From NCBI GenBank assembly GCA_963666985.2, contig CAXXIA010000001.1, positions 1,376,001 through 1,440,000 of the forward strand: a stretch of DNA of 64,000 nucleotides. Reading direction: 5' to 3'. The notes under the pieces were generated by a model. It was given only the letters and a program-made list of their open reading frames with translations, made no database searches and was not told the DNA's origin. This document shows, one piece after another, positions 30,078-41,182 of this stretch; position 1 is the first letter of the stretch; every line of letters begins with the position of its first letter. Origin of the DNA: Spirochaetia bacterium. Lineage in GTDB: Bacteria > Spirochaetota > Spirochaetia > DSM-2461. Both the position numbers and the translations under genes were made by a program.

Positions 30078-31102
30078 TCTTCATCTCCTTCGGTAACGAG
30101 TTCTTCAAACTCGTCTTCCTCGATATCTTCAATCTTACGTGTAATCTGAACAGCGATTTTCTTCCCGACCACACCCGGCCGACAGTCGAATTTCGGCCTG
30201 TTCCCCAGTTTCAGAACCATGGGATCTCCCACGCGCGTACCGGAAAGTCTGATGACATTGCCCGGCTGCAAGGACATAACATCCCTCATCGCAAGGTTAA
30301 TTTGGCCGATCTCGGCCACAAGCGGCACATCGATTGCCGAGAGCCGCTCGCGAAGGACATTCAGATTTTCCGTCGTGGCGCCCCTGCGGACCGACGAATA
30401 CCAGTACTGAGCGGAAAGCTTCGAAATAATCGGTTCAATCGTCAGATAGGGAATACAGAAATTCATCATTCCCTCGACTTCGCCCACCTTGGTTTCCAAG
30501 GTAACCAAAACCACCATTTCGGTGGGAGGGACAATCTGAACGAATTGAGGATTGGTTTCAATCTGGCCGAGCCTTGGGCGGAGATCAATCACCTGGCTCC
30601 AGGCTTCGCGCATGTTGCCCAAGATTCGGACGATGATGGATTCCATAACGGCCCGTTCGATTTCGGAAAGCTCTCTGTTGATTTTGGAGCCTTCTCCGGG
30701 ACCGCCGAAAAGACGATCGATAATCGTAAAGGTAATGGCGGGATCGATTTCAAGAATGGCCGAACCGGTCAGCGGGTCCATGTTGATAACCGCCAGGGCG
30801 GTCGGCGAAGGAATGGAGCGGAGGAATTCCTCGTATGTCAGCTGATCCACCGAAGCCACATGAACGTGAACCATGGACCGCAGCTGCGCGGCCAAACTCG
30901 TCGTGGTCAGACGCGCGAACGTTTCGTGCATGAAAGAAACGGTTCTGATCTGCTCTTTGGAGAATTTGTCCGGACGGCGGAAGTCCCAAATGCGGATATT
31001 TTTCCGTTCGGCGACCTGTCTGGTATCCTCGGTTTCCGCATCTCCGGAACTTATGGCCGTGAGTAGCTGATCAATTTCATCCTGTGAAAGGACTTCCGTC
31101 AC
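30074..31102 (-). CDS. fliM: flagellar motor switch protein FliM
   Basis: LSQDEIDQLL, DFRRPDKFSKEQ, ETNPQF. Confidence 0.96.
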   Translation of the reverse strand: MTEVLSQDEIDQLLTAISSGDAETEDTRQVAERKNIRIWDFRRPDKFSKEQIRTVSFMHETFARLTTTSLAAQLRSMVHVHVASVDQLTYEEFLRSIPSPTALAVINMDPLTGSAILEIDPAITFTIIDRLFGGPGEGSKINRELSEIERAVMESIIVRILGNMREAWSQVIDLRPRLGQIETNPQFVQIVPPTEMVVLVTLETKVGEVEGMMNFCIPYLTIEPIISKLSAQYWYSSVRRGATTENLNVLRERLSAIDVPLVAEIGQINLAMRDVMSLQPGNVIRLSGTRVGDPMVLKLGNRPKFDCRPGVVGKKIAVQITRKIEDIEEDEFEELVTEGDEE

Positions 31103-31122
31103 TTCTTTCTACTCCGATCGGG

Positions 31123-31689
31123 TTAAAACCCGATAATCTGATACTGCAGGAACCAAACCTGCGCTATCTCGCCGCGCGCCAGCAGACTGTTGATTTTTCC
31201 GGCAAGCTCAACCTTCACGGCCGCTTCATCTTCCAATTGGGCACGCGTTCTCTGACTGAAATAGAAACGAACCATATCCATGATGGCGTCGTTCTTCTTG
31301 GTAAGCTCATCCGCCAAATCCCGATACTTCTCGCCGTCGTATCCGAGTTTGATTTTCGCCGAAACGGTGTAGCGTTCCGCATCGGCGGTCTGTGTTCTTA
31401 AGTCGTATCCTTCATCGGCCAAAAAAGTCCAAATGGCGTATTCGGGGACTTCGGTTTTGTACTCCTCGGAGAGTACGGGGAATTGTCGGGTTCGATTCCC
31501 TTTGTCCATGAAACGGTATGTAAGAAAGCTTACCGTAATGCTGACAAGAAGGGCGACGATTCCGATGGCCACGAACATAAGAACTTTGGCCATACGGTCC
31601 GAGAAGACTTTTCGTTTTTTCGGTTCCTCGATGGCATCTCCGCCGTCCGCTTCTATAGCGTTGCCGAGTTCGAGTTCCTCATCAGACAT
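31123..31689 (-). CDS. fliL: flagellar basal body-associated protein FliL
   Basis: single TM; between motB and fliM; INSLL C-terminal pattern. Confidence 0.8.
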   Translation of the reverse strand: MSDEELELGNAIEADGGDAIEEPKKRKVFSDRMAKVLMFVAIGIVALLVSITVSFLTYRFMDKGNRTRQFPVLSEEYKTEVPEYAIWTFLADEGYDLRTQTADAERYTVSAKIKLGYDGEKYRDLADELTKKNDAIMDMVRFYFSQRTRAQLEDEAAVKVELAGKINSLLARGEIAQVWFLQYQIIGF

Positions 31690-31719
31690 AGGACATCACC
31701 CTCCCCGGATGTCTACAAA

Positions 31720-31749
31720 ATTTTACCACAAATAAATTAAGGACGCCAG
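31720..31749 (-). promoter_or_regulatory. putative internal promoter upstream of fliL
   Basis: extended -10 TG-G-TAAAAT (31728-31720) in an AT-rich 96-bp gap. Confidence 0.45.
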
Positions 31750-31785
31750 CCCTCAGCGCCCGGACATCTGTTTCTTTTACAATAT

Positions 31786-32529
31786 TCATTCATGGGCCTC
31801 TTTCAGTATGACAATATCCACCCTGCGGTTTTCCGCTCTGTCTTCCTCGGAAAACTCCGGATCTTTCAGCTTGACCGTATCGGCGAATCCGGCGACCTGA
31901 AATCGCGATTCGTCGGCTCCGTAATCCACCAGATAATGAAGAACGGCCGCCGAACGCGCGGAAGAGAGCTCCCAGTTCGTCGGCCAGGGACCGTCAGGAT
32001 CGGTCGGGGACGAATCGGTATGCCCTTCCAGACGAATCGTTCTCTCGGCCAGCTCTTTCGATTCAAGAAAGCGCGCCAGTTTCTGCAAAGCATTCCGGGA
32101 ACGTTCGAGATCCACCTCGGCGCTGGCCCTTTTGAACAAAATGTCGCCCGCCAAACTGATGACAAGACCCCGTTCATCCTCTTTGATTTTGACAAAACGG
32201 TTCTGGATTTCCGGCTGGAACTCGCTCACGGCCTTTTTCCGGGCCTCGTTGAGGCGGCTGCCGCGGGTTGTGGCGGGCATGGAGGAAACATCGTTTCCCA
32301 ATTCGGCGAGGATTCCCTCGGAAAGGGTATTCCCTCCTCTTAAGGGACCGAGCCCCTGGAAGGCCTGCATAATCAGCTCGATCCGCTGACTGTCCACGGG
32401 ATTCTCAGGATTCATCAAAAGAACGAAGAAGGTCAGAAGAAGAGTTACCATGTCGGCATATGTGGTTAGCCAGTCGTCGCCCCCTCCGCCGCCTTTTTCT
32501 TTTTTCTTCCTTTGATCTTCATCCGACAC
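31786..32529 (-). CDS. motB: flagellar stator protein MotB
   Basis: WLTTYADMVTLLLTFFVLL; EGHTD, NWELSSAR, NRRVDI (OmpA-like). Confidence 0.95.
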   Translation of the reverse strand: MSDEDQRKKKEKGGGGGDDWLTTYADMVTLLLTFFVLLMNPENPVDSQRIELIMQAFQGLGPLRGGNTLSEGILAELGNDVSSMPATTRGSRLNEARKKAVSEFQPEIQNRFVKIKEDERGLVISLAGDILFKRASAEVDLERSRNALQKLARFLESKELAERTIRLEGHTDSSPTDPDGPWPTNWELSSARSAAVLHYLVDYGADESRFQVAGFADTVKLKDPEFSEEDRAENRRVDIVILKEAHE

Positions 32530-32532
32530 GGT

Positions 32533-33312
32533 CTATGCCTCCGAAGCACTCTGCGCGGGGCGTTCCGCCGGCGGCAGGAAGGTGAGAAGTTTGTCTTCCA
32601 GAATACGCGGATTGTCTCCACTCTGTATGGAAAGGATTCCTTGCACCATGATTTCCTTAATCTGCATTTCTTCCTTGTGCCGATCCTGCAGTTTGAACTG
32701 AATCGGTGAAAGGATGAGGTTCGCGAAAATCGATCCGTACAAAGTGGTTACCAGAGCAACGGCCATGTTGGGGCCGATGGAGGAGGTATCTTCCAAGTTC
32801 GCCATCATACCGATGAGTCCGAGCAGGGTACCGATCATTCCGAAGGCCGGGGCCAGTTTCGCCCATTGTTCGAAAATACCGATACCGTTCTCATGACGGC
32901 TTTCCACCTGATCCAGATTCGTGTAAAGGATGCGCTTGATGACATCCGGATCGGTTCCGTCGACAACCAGCCTCAGTCCGCCGCGAAGAAAATCGTCTTC
33001 AACTTCGTTCAGCGAATCATCCAGAGAAAGAAGGCCTTCCTTCCGTGCGTTGTCCGCGAACTGCACAAGCTGATTGATCAGATCCATCTTGTTCTGAAAA
33101 ACGGGAACCCTGGTTGCGATATTCATGTATTTCATGAATCCCAGCGCGCGCGACATGGGATTGGCCGCCAAGACGGCGCAGAAAGAACCGATAACGACAA
33201 CGATGAGCGAAGTCGGATCGATAAGGCCCATGACGTTGTTGCCGGCGATGATGAAGGCCCCGAAAATAAGGATGAGACCGCCGACAATCCCGCCTAATGT
33301 TGCAATATCCAC
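32533..33312 (-). CDS. motA: flagellar stator protein MotA
   Basis: ARKEGLLSL, APAFGMIGT, ALVTTLYG, IQSGDNP; GTG start after AGGAG. Confidence 0.95.
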   Translation of the reverse strand: MDIATLGGIVGGLILIFGAFIIAGNNVMGLIDPTSLIVVVIGSFCAVLAANPMSRALGFMKYMNIATRVPVFQNKMDLINQLVQFADNARKEGLLSLDDSLNEVEDDFLRGGLRLVVDGTDPDVIKRILYTNLDQVESRHENGIGIFEQWAKLAPAFGMIGTLLGLIGMMANLEDTSSIGPNMAVALVTTLYGSIFANLILSPIQFKLQDRHKEEMQIKEIMVQGILSIQSGDNPRILEDKLLTFLPPAERPAQSASEA

Positions 33313-33316
33313 TTTT

Positions 33317-33526
33317 CTACTCCTCCTGGGCGGACAAACCGATCTCCCGCCTATAGGCGATGATGAGTGCGCGTATCTCATCGGGAGACTCGGTAACCAC
33401 AAATCGCTTGCCGGTGGTCAACAACAATGCCGTGCGTCCCTCACCGGCTTCTTCAGCGTATTCTATAAGGTGGGGGTTGAGCAGTACCTGTCTGTCCGAT
33501 TTTCCCGGCAAGCTGACTTTAATCAT
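33317..33526 (-). CDS. flbD: flagellar FlbD family protein
   Basis: LLNPHLIE, TTGKRFVVTES; between flgE and motA. Confidence 0.85.
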   Translation of the reverse strand: MIKVSLPGKSDRQVLLNPHLIEYAEEAGEGRTALLLTTGKRFVVTESPDEIRALIIAYRREIGLSAQEE

Positions 33527-33579
33527 CCCTTATTCCGCTCCCGCCCCGGCTCAATCGTGCCGGGGCATCATTATCGCTC

Positions 33580-34989
<1,410 letters not shown>

Positions 34990-35005
34990 AACTTATATCT
35001 CTCCT

Positions 35006-35440
35006 TTATCTGGTTACTTTCGAAATGTCTTCATAGTCGAAATACGCGCCGTCCACGAGAATCTGCGGATAGGCTCCGCCGGTAACGGCTTCGACAATGC
35101 CGCTGACCGTGGAATCGCCGCTGACAATCTCGACCTCCCGGCCGATCAGATTCATGGCCTGGGCGCCCTTCAGAGTCGCGGTCAGTTCGGTAAACTGACG
35201 GCTCATATTCGTCATCTGCTCCAAGGAGGAGAACTGGGCCATCTGGGCGATGAACTCCCGGTCTTCCATAGGCTTCGTGGGGTCCTGATGCTGGAGCTGC
35301 GTGATGAGGATTTTCATAAAATCATCTTTATCCAGATTCTGCTGAGGGGCCTTCGTTCCGTGAAGGCTCGTATTGAACGCTTCAACCTGCATCTCCAGGC
35401 TCGCTCTGTCGGCTCCGTTCATCGTCGATGCGATATCCAT
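35006..35440 (-). CDS. flgD: flagellar hook cap protein FlgD
   Basis: FMKILITQLQHQDPTKPM, QMAQFSSLEQ. Confidence 0.95.
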   Translation of the reverse strand: MDIASTMNGADRASLEMQVEAFNTSLHGTKAPQQNLDKDDFMKILITQLQHQDPTKPMEDREFIAQMAQFSSLEQMTNMSRQFTELTATLKGAQAMNLIGREVEIVSGDSTVSGIVEAVTGGAYPQILVDGAYFDYEDISKVTR

Positions 35441-35449
35441 TCGTTCCTC

Positions 35450-36712
35450 CTATACAATCATATCGACGCGTCCGTCGCCGATGCTTACGCCTTCTTGCAT
35501 TACGGATGTCGACATTCCTTCAAATTCGCGCGATGCATCGCCCGAATTCTTCATCCGGCGCCCTGAAGAATCCCGAAACTGAGCAAAATTCGAATTTCCG
35601 TCGTCCCAGGCCAGTTCCAGATCGGCCGCGCCGAATCCGCTTTCCACGAGTTTGGCCTGCAGTCCGTCAAGGGTACTTCGGAAGGCTTCCCGGGCCGCGG
35701 CCGATTCAACGTAGATTCGTCCGGTAAGACGGTTTTCCTCCATCCGAATCTGCACCCGCACCCGGCCGAGATTCTCAGGCCGGAGATTAATCCGAACCTC
35801 CCCGGCATCCGCGCGGTTCAGTACGAACTTCACTTGCCTGACGATTTCATTTCCGGCCTGAGAATCGAGTTTTCTGGCAAGTTCGGCCGTCGTATGGCCC
35901 GGATCGGAGCGGCCTCCGCTCTTGGATTCGATCGTGATGTCCGTTTCGGCAACCGCAAAGCGATTCCCTTCCGTCTGAGCGTTTGAGGAAGGCTCGGATC
36001 GAAGAGATTGACCCTCTTCTTTGGTACGGGCTCTCCCCATCCGGCCTTTTACGACTTCACCGGCGACGCGTCTGTCTTCGACGACGACACGGGAGGTTCG
36101 ATTGACCAAAGGACGAACGGTTTGCTCCCTGTTCACGAGTTTCCCAACCGCGGGAGTTTGGCGGAGAGGAGAGTCTTTCGCCTTGTCGGATCGAAAGCCG
36201 CTGCCCGATTCGCCCGCGGCCGTTAATCCCGCCGCGACGGCGGTATCGGCCGCTTTGGAAGCCTTCTCGGCCGTTTCGGCCGCGGCACCGCTTAAAGCGT
36301 TCTTTTCCGGAATCCGTCGTCCCGTCTCCGATCGCCGGCCATCTTCGGCCGCTTTAATCGGCGATTGCGATGCGGTTCTCTCCGATCCGAGAAGCTCTTT
36401 GCTTTCCAATCGTTCATTTGATGTTTTTTCTTTGGAAATCCGCGGATCGCCGTCTCTCCCGGAACCGCTTTCCCGTGTTCTTCCCGCGCCGCGGATTCCG
36501 CGGCGCGACACGACCGTTTTTCGAAGAGAGGTTCCTTCGGAGGAATCGGACCGGCCGGATTCCCGAACGCGTCTTAAGACATTCGCGAAACCGCCTTCCG
36601 GCGAATCGTCTTTTCCCCGATTCACTCTTCCGGAGTTTTTCACCGTTCGCGCCGATTCGATACGCCTGCCGGCGTTCGATTCGGTATTCGCGATTACTGG
36701 AACTTTCGCCAT
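35450..36712 (-). CDS. fliK: flagellar hook-length control protein FliK
   Basis: INLRPENLGRVRV C-terminal domain; low-complexity N-terminus; ATG 36712 after GGAAGG. Confidence 0.88.
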   Translation of the reverse strand: MAKVPVIANTESNAGRRIESARTVKNSGRVNRGKDDSPEGGFANVLRRVRESGRSDSSEGTSLRKTVVSRRGIRGAGRTRESGSGRDGDPRISKEKTSNERLESKELLGSERTASQSPIKAAEDGRRSETGRRIPEKNALSGAAAETAEKASKAADTAVAAGLTAAGESGSGFRSDKAKDSPLRQTPAVGKLVNREQTVRPLVNRTSRVVVEDRRVAGEVVKGRMGRARTKEEGQSLRSEPSSNAQTEGNRFAVAETDITIESKSGGRSDPGHTTAELARKLDSQAGNEIVRQVKFVLNRADAGEVRINLRPENLGRVRVQIRMEENRLTGRIYVESAAAREAFRSTLDGLQAKLVESGFGAADLELAWDDGNSNFAQFRDSSGRRMKNSGDASREFEGMSTSVMQEGVSIGDGRVDMIV

Positions 36713-36782
36713 TTCGCCTTCCCTTTGTTCAGGCTGTGGAAATTCAGGAGAGCCTTTGGAACGTCCCCCGATCTCCTTCGGC

Positions 36783-37421
36783 TCACCTATCCAGATTCGG
36801 TCCCGGCTTTTCCACCATAAGGGCCTGGATTTCCGCTGCCCGCTCACGATTGGGCATTTGGGAAAGCCAATAGGCAACCAACGAAGACTCTCCCGCTTCC
36901 TGGGAAAGGCGTTCACTGGTTCGGAGTAAATCGACGAGATCGTACACGTCGTACTCCTCCATGATGGCGACCGCATCAACCGGCGGCATATTCATCAAGT
37001 AACGGGCCGTCTGTTCAAGGTTCGCTACTTTATTGTCGTATTGACGGATGGCCTCGTTTAGAGAATTTTGTTTTTCGTCGAGAGAAGTTTCTCTTTCGGC
37101 GATTTCGCCTTCCTTTTGACGCACTTCGGCTTCCCTGACATTGAGGTCTTCCACACGGGTTTCTATGTTTCTCCGCTCAATCTCGATCGCCTGACGTTCC
37201 TTTGACAGTCTGTCGGCATCCAGCAGCATGGGAGAATAGGGAGCTTCCACCTCCGTTCTGGGGCGAACCCCGAAAAGCGAAGTGATGGGAGCCAAATGAT
37301 CTTTAACGTCCAGTATTCCAAGGAAATCGAGCCAGACGAATCCGCCGACAAGCAGCGCGATAATGAGGATCAGGAGGAAGAAAATCTTGGCGATACCGCT
37401 CCCCCGATAATAACTTCTCAT
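36783..37421 (-). CDS. flbB: periplasmic flagellar collar protein FlbB
   Basis: TM with WLDFLG, coiled coil, MPPVDAV, YWLSQM; position after fliJ. Confidence 0.85.
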   Translation of the reverse strand: MRSYYRGSGIAKIFFLLILIIALLVGGFVWLDFLGILDVKDHLAPITSLFGVRPRTEVEAPYSPMLLDADRLSKERQAIEIERRNIETRVEDLNVREAEVRQKEGEIAERETSLDEKQNSLNEAIRQYDNKVANLEQTARYLMNMPPVDAVAIMEEYDVYDLVDLLRTSERLSQEAGESSLVAYWLSQMPNRERAAEIQALMVEKPGPNLDR

Positions 37422-37861
37422 AGATCTCCTCCCGTCAGCCGCTTGCGCGCCATGGTTCCGACCGCCGTTTCATCCAGCATCCGGTTTTCTTCTTTTTTCA
37501 TTTCGCATCGCCACTTTTCGAACATGCTCTCACGCAGTCTGTCCAAAGCGGCCCACTGCGAATGAGCCTCGGTATAAACACGCCTTTTGGCTTCAACAGC
37601 AGCCGCGGCATCACGCCGGGGCCGCTCCAGCGCCTTTCGGTCGGCTACGGATTTGGTCCAAAGAAGCTCCCTGGCTCTTAAGGATTCAAGCCCGGTTTCA
37701 CGAACGGCGAAAGCCCGCTCTCCGGCCGCCGCCGCCGCTTGTATACGCCGGTCGATTTCCGCCAATTTCCCGACGGCCCGCGCCAGCTCCATTTCACATT
37801 CCTGTTCCCGCTCCCGCCGCAGAGTGAGCAGCGCATCAAGCGAAAACCGAAACTTCTTCAT
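37418..37861 (-). CDS. fliJ: flagellar export chaperone FliJ
   Basis: MKKFRFSLDALL...LDE; follows fliI. Confidence 0.88.
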   Translation of the reverse strand: MKKFRFSLDALLTLRREREQECEMELARAVGKLAEIDRRIQAAAAAGERAFAVRETGLESLRARELLWTKSVADRKALERPRRDAAAAVEAKRRVYTEAHSQWAALDRLRESMFEKWRCEMKKEENRMLDETAVGTMARKRLTGGDL

Positions 37862-39188
37862 TCACCTCTTCCTCGCCGCCGTCCGAAAGGCCCGCGATTT
37901 CAACCGCCTTTGAGAAAATCGCCTCCGGATCTTCGCGTTCCGTTATTCCTTGAACCAGGAAAGCATTCACCATTTCTTTTTTCTCAATGGCCTCGTCTAC
38001 ATCGGCATCCGTGCCTTTTACGTACGCGCCGACATCGATAAGCTGTTCCTTTTCCCGGTATGCGGCCACCAGCTTTCTGATTTTTCCCGCCGCCTTGGAG
38101 GTTTTTTCATTCATCAGCTTCGGCGCGACTCGGCTGATCGACGCCAGAATGTCGATGGCCGGATAATGATTTTTATCCGCCAAGCTTCGATTCAGAACAA
38201 TGTGACCGTCCAGATAGCCGCGTACGGCATCCGAAACCGGTTCGTCAAGATCGTCACCTTCCACCAGAACCGTATAGAGTCCGGTAATCGTCCCTTTGGA
38301 CGAGACTCCCGGACGTTCCAAAAGCTTCGGCAGGAGGGAAAACACCGACGGTGTGTAGCTTCTGGTGGTCGGAGGCTCTCCTATGGCCAGCCCGATTTCC
38401 CGCTGACCGACGGCGAAACGGGTTACAGAATCAAAAAGAAGCATGACATCGTTTCCCTGGTCCCGAAAGTATTCGGCGACGGCCGTGGCCAAAAAGGCGC
38501 CCCTGACACGGGCCAGGGCGGGCGTATCGGAGGTGGAAACGATCAGCACCGAATGCTTCAGTCCTTCCTCGCCCAAATCGTTCTCAATAAATTCCCTCAC
38601 CTCGCGGCCGCGCTCTCCGATCAGGGCGATAACGTTCACGTCCGCCGTGGTATTGCGCGCCACCATTCCCAGAAGAGTGGATTTTCCGACGCCCGAACCG
38701 GCGAAGATTCCCATTCTCTGGCCTCGCCCCAAAGGCGTAATGGCGTCTATGGCCCTGATTCCCGTATTGATGCGCTTGGAAATCGGATCGCGATCCATCG
38801 GAGATGGCGGTTCGGCATTAATGGGATAGTGCGCCTTCACGGTTATGGGCCCTTTGCCGTCCATGGGACGGCCGAGCGCGTCGAAGACACGGCCCAGCAT
38901 CTGCGGCCCCACGGCCGCGGAAAGCGGCGCTCCCGAAGCCACGACCGAGTCGCCCGTTTCAAGACCCGTAAGATGATCGAAGCACATCAGCTGAACGATT
39001 TCGTCTTTAACGGCCACAACCTCCGCGATCAGCGGATTTCCTTTCCGGGGAATAACATGACAAAGCTCTCCGACGGCCGCTCTGGGGCCGAGGCTTTCCA
39101 CGAGAATCCCCTGAACGCGCCGCACTCTGCCGACATATTTCACCGGATCGATGCGTTCGACGGCGCTTAAATATTTTTCGAGAACCAT
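37836..39188 (-). CDS. fliI: flagellar export ATPase FliI
   Basis: AGSGVGKST, GERGREV, DSVTRFA, LDGHIVL. Confidence 0.96.
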   Translation of the reverse strand: MVLEKYLSAVERIDPVKYVGRVRRVQGILVESLGPRAAVGELCHVIPRKGNPLIAEVVAVKDEIVQLMCFDHLTGLETGDSVVASGAPLSAAVGPQMLGRVFDALGRPMDGKGPITVKAHYPINAEPPSPMDRDPISKRINTGIRAIDAITPLGRGQRMGIFAGSGVGKSTLLGMVARNTTADVNVIALIGERGREVREFIENDLGEEGLKHSVLIVSTSDTPALARVRGAFLATAVAEYFRDQGNDVMLLFDSVTRFAVGQREIGLAIGEPPTTRSYTPSVFSLLPKLLERPGVSSKGTITGLYTVLVEGDDLDEPVSDAVRGYLDGHIVLNRSLADKNHYPAIDILASISRVAPKLMNEKTSKAAGKIRKLVAAYREKEQLIDVGAYVKGTDADVDEAIEKKEMVNAFLVQGITEREDPEAIFSKAVEIAGLSDGGEEEVNEEVSVFA

Positions 39189-39190
39189 TC

Positions 39191-40093
39191 TCAGCCCTCC
39201 CCCGTTGTCCGGATGGGCACCAATTCGAGAATTTTTTCTTCGATTTCCCGAAGCTGACTGGAAATGCGGGCGTCGATCTGTCCGAAGTCCGTCTCGATAA
39301 CCGCGCCGCCTTTATCCACCGAGGAATCCTCGAGAACCGTGATGGATTTCACGTTTTCGGCCATGCGCATGAAATCCTTCACGTGCTCGGTCGTCAGATC
39401 AAGATCCGCGAGATTCACGCGGATGGCCACGTCTCCGCGGCTTTTGAGCTTTCGGAGGGCCTGAACGATATTGTTGATCACCACGTTCTTCTGATTTTCA
39501 CTGATGACCTTTACAACCTTGCGCGACACGAGAAGCACCAGATCGATCAGCTGGGTTTCGGCTTCGTCGATAATTTCCTGCCGTTTCTCGATGGAAGCGT
39601 CCAGAATCTTGTGAAGTCTTTCAATGAGCCGTTCGGCTTCGGCGCGTCCCTCTTTCCAGCCTTCCTCCCGGCCTTCTTCATACCCGGAATTGCGCGCCTC
39701 GGCGAAAACGGCATCCCGTTCCTCCGAGGCCCGGCGCTTGATGCTCTCGGCTTCTTCCTCGGCTTCGGATTTAATCCTTTCGGCTTCGTCCTCGGCGATG
39801 CGTTTGTCCCTGATGGCCGAATCGGTCTGCGCCTTTACCTCTTCGAAAGCCGTTTTCTCGGCGTTTTTCCTGATGGAATCCGCCTCCGCATGGGCTTCCT
39901 GGATAAGACGTTCTTTTTCAATTTCCCAGCCTTCCCTGAATGCTTCGGCTTCTCGGCGCAGATCGTCCGCCGTCGGCCCTTCATAAAGATCCAGAGGCTC
40001 GGGCTCTTGAGAAATGAATTCAGGCGCCGCCACTTTGACCTTCTGAGCCGTCAAATCGACAATCTCAATGGGTTGAAATACGTTCTTGGCCAC
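39191..40093 (-). CDS. fliH: flagellar assembly protein FliH
   Basis: GYEEGREEGWKEG repeats, GGAVIETDFGQIDA. Confidence 0.93.
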   Translation of the reverse strand: MAKNVFQPIEIVDLTAQKVKVAAPEFISQEPEPLDLYEGPTADDLRREAEAFREGWEIEKERLIQEAHAEADSIRKNAEKTAFEEVKAQTDSAIRDKRIAEDEAERIKSEAEEEAESIKRRASEERDAVFAEARNSGYEEGREEGWKEGRAEAERLIERLHKILDASIEKRQEIIDEAETQLIDLVLLVSRKVVKVISENQKNVVINNIVQALRKLKSRGDVAIRVNLADLDLTTEHVKDFMRMAENVKSITVLEDSSVDKGGAVIETDFGQIDARISSQLREIEEKILELVPIRTTGEG

Positions 40094-40102
40094 GAGTGCC
40101 TC

Positions 40103-41179
40103 CTACACCAGGACGTCTTCTTCGCCGGAGCGGGCGATAACGATATCTCCCTGTTCTTCCAGCTTCCGGATAACCGATACGATCTTCTGCTGGGATTCTT
40201 CCACGTCTTTCCGGCGGGTGGGTCCCATGAAGTCCATATCTTCCTTGAGCAGAGCCGCGGCGCGTTTGGACATATTCCGGAAGATTTTGTCCTGAACTTC
40301 CGTATCTACGGCTTTGAGGGCCTTGGCAAGCTCGTTGGTATCCACTTCCCGCAGAACGCGCTGAATCGCCCGGTCGTCGAGCATAACAATGTCCTCGAAA
40401 ACGAACATTCTTTTCTTGATTTCTTCGGCCAGTTCGGGATCTTCTTCTTCCAAAGATTCGATAATGGACTTTTCCGTCGTCCGATCCACGAGGTTCAGGA
40501 TGTCCACGATACTCTCGACTCCGCCGGCGTCGGTATAGTCCTCGTTGGAAAGCGAAGAGAGTTTCTTATCCAGAACCCGTTCCACCTCCCGAAGGATTTC
40601 CGGGCTGGTCCGGTCCATGGTCGCGATTCTCTTGGCGACATCGGACTGCTTATCGGGATGAAGCTGAGCCAGAATATGGGAAGCTTTGGCCGGTTCGAGG
40701 TAGGCCAGAATAAGGGCGATGGTCTGCGGGTGCTCCTGCTGGATGAGGTTCAAAAGGTTCGCCGGATCGGTACGCCTGATAAAATCGAACGGACGGGTTT
40801 TCAGAGAACTGGTAAGGCGGTTGATGATGTCCACCGCCTTCTGGTTGCCCAAAGACTTTTCAAGGAGCTCCCGGGCGTAGTCGATACCGCCGGAAGTGAT
40901 GAAGTCCTGAGCCATCATCAGTTCCTGGAACTCCTGGAGCACCATGTCCCGGTCGCCAGGCTCGATATTCTCCAGTCTGGCGATTTCCCAGGTCAGCGTT
41001 TCAATTTCGTCTTCCCGCAGATGCTTGAAGATTTCCGCGGAAATATCGGAGCCCAGAGTCACCAGAAAGATTGCGGCCTTCTGTTTCCCGCTGAGCTCTT
41101 CTTTATGCGTTGTCTTGGATGAGCCCTTGGACCCGTTTGTCTGAGACCTTTCTTCCGAAGCGGCTCCTGCCTTGGCCAT
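40103..41179 (-). CDS. fliG: flagellar motor switch protein FliG
   Basis: KQKAAIFL, GGIDYA, EHPQ, MFVFEDI. Confidence 0.96.
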   Translation of the reverse strand: MAKAGAASEERSQTNGSKGSSKTTHKEELSGKQKAAIFLVTLGSDISAEIFKHLREDEIETLTWEIARLENIEPGDRDMVLQEFQELMMAQDFITSGGIDYARELLEKSLGNQKAVDIINRLTSSLKTRPFDFIRRTDPANLLNLIQQEHPQTIALILAYLEPAKASHILAQLHPDKQSDVAKRIATMDRTSPEILREVERVLDKKLSSLSNEDYTDAGGVESIVDILNLVDRTTEKSIIESLEEEDPELAEEIKKRMFVFEDIVMLDDRAIQRVLREVDTNELAKALKAVDTEVQDKIFRNMSKRAAALLKEDMDFMGPTRRKDVEESQQKIVSVIRKLEEQGDIVIARSGEEDVLV

Positions 41180-41182
41180 ACC

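Noticed and set aside
39383..41122. 579-aa plus-strand ORF, and similar long ones at 37950-39170, 28854-30149, 30020-31066, 33625-34710, 46299-47396, 49030-49941 and 58894-60078
   Set aside because: They lie antisense to well-conserved genes and have no motifs; such shadow ORFs are expected from codon bias in GC-rich DNA.
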